NCBI GenBank assembly: GCA_030390025.1
Contig: CM059433.1
Location: forward strand, 20,338,001 to 20,402,000
Direction of reading: 5' to 3'
Length of the DNA: 64,000 nt
Source of the DNA: Squalus acanthias
Taxonomy: Eukaryota
Part shown: positions 62,410 through 64,000 of the stretch, piece by piece
Numbering within the stretch: the stretch's first letter is position 1
Layout: each line of letters starts with the position of its first letter
Made by a program: the position numbers and the translations under genes
Notes under the pieces: model-generated
Database searches by the model: none
Told to the model about the DNA's origin: nothing
Seen by the model: the letters and a program-made list of their open reading frames with translations, nothing else

Positions 62410-63270
62410 GGCCGGAATTTTGAGGAGGAAGGCGGGTTGGGGCGGGGTGGCTCCAAGGCAGGCGGGAAACCCGGGAGGCCCAGTTTCCCACAGGCCCTGC
62501 CGACTTTAACAGCAGGGCCTGATTTGCATGCGAGGCCTCAGTTTCTCGCCCGCAGCCAGCCCGATTGAGAGGCTGGCTGGCTGAGGGCGGGTAGGCCTGC
62601 GGCACTAGGCCACACAGAGGAGGGAGGGAGGGTTCGCGTGGGGGCTGCGCTGTTAAATGGATCGGGGGGGGGGGTAGAGGATCGGGGGTTTGGCTGGGCC
62701 GTTAAGTGGACCGGGGGGAGGGGGTAGAGGATCGGGGAGAGGGCGAGGCCGTTAAATGGATCGTGGGGGAAGAGAGGTTCTGGGCCGGATGATGGGGGCG
62801 CGGGTGAAGGCAAGATTTTGACCGACCACCAGTAGATCGTGGCCGGCCTGAGCATCATCGCTGGGGAAGGGAGGAATTCCTGGGGAGGTGATCGGAGGCC
62901 TCGTGGGGGGGTCTCCGATGGCGGGGGTTGGGTTAGGCAGAGACCCTAGATCCAGGAGGTAGGTATAAAGGCACTTACCTCCTGGATGCAGCAGTCCCCC
63001 GTCTTGCTGTAACTGCCGGGCTTCATGAATTGTGTGTTAATGCAGTTAAAGACAAAATGGAGGCTAAAATAGAGACTTACAGCCTCATTATAATATTTAA
63101 ATTGACGTATCGCCTCCTGGGAGTGGGTTGGTCGCCTGCCCCTGTCCCGCCTCCGTTAAAACCGGAAATGGACGGGTTAGATGCGTGATCAGGTGGGGAA
63201 TCCCATTTTTAACAATTTAACTACCCCCACGCTCCAAAGCCACCCGTTTTTTAAGGTTAAAATGCCCCCC
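62410..63270. mobile_element. GC-rich Harbinger-like non-autonomous element
   Basis: Ends ggccggaatttt / aaaatgcccc; homologous to 43387-44104 and 52820-53012. Confidence 0.65.
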
Positions 63271-64000
63271 ATAGTCTTCATGTGCCACTCATTTACTCTC
63301 CGTGGATTGCAATCCAATCTTCAAGTTTTAAATAAAATGTCTGTTCACTTGAAACCCAGCACTTTGTGCAGTACGAGTCTTTCTAAATAATGAAGCTCTG
63401 TCAAGGTTTCATTACTCCATATTCATCAGACTCCCAAAATTAGTACAGGACAACTATTTCCATTGAAATCCTCATGAGTGGCAGCATTGCCTATTGCCTA
63501 GTCTTCTACTTGACTGGATAATCTATGGTGTTCAGTGCATAAATGGGATATTGTGACTTTTGGACATGTGTAGTCAAAAGGAATTTTCCTTCGCGTCTGT
63601 GAAGTGCTCTGGGATATTTTATGATAAAGATGCTATGAAAGTTTCAGTAATTATTGTTGAATCAATTACGAAAGAGAGCAGGAACCGCCACATTAGAGTG
63701 CAAGAGTGAGATCTGAATTGGGTTATTTTGGGCATTTTTGAGAATGCCATATTTTGTCCAGCTCAACCACTTTTAGGTTCTGGATCCATATATCCCTACA
63801 ACACATGTGCCAACTGAAAAAATAATTAAAAGATGACCAACAGCTTGAAAAGAAAAGCTGACACCACCCCAGAAAAGCTCACAGCTCAAGAGCAGCCCTG
63901 AATATAGGACTCATGCAAAGCAACAGTCAAGAAGTTAGACTGAATGTTAGACTGGAGTGGCAGACGGGTTTGGCAGAACATTGCCCTGCAGATGTGTCTT

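Overview
Repeat-dense eukaryotic DNA, most likely intronic or intergenic sequence from a cartilaginous fish (shark). The taxon is inferred from the repeat repertoire: CR1 LINEs, Deu-domain SINEs, Neptune-like Penelope elements and Harbinger derivatives. Two long ORFs are intact, both retrotransposon-encoded: a CR1 ORF2 (APE endonuclease + RT, 36986-39922, +) and a Penelope-like RT + GIY-YIG ORF (54916-57666, -) flanked by a 15-bp target-site duplication. The most notable signal is a set of minimal type-I hammerhead ribozyme motifs in the pseudo-LTRs of two Penelope families, including fold-back and solo-pLTR copies with their own TSDs. Also present are internally deleted Harbinger elements and palindromic MITEs, L2/CR1 fragments, and a 36-bp minisatellite that expanded inside a SINE. 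Small exon-like segments occur on both strands, but no host gene could be identified. No CRISPR array, rRNA or true tRNA gene was seen. Most short ORFs in the track are spurious or repeat-derived.
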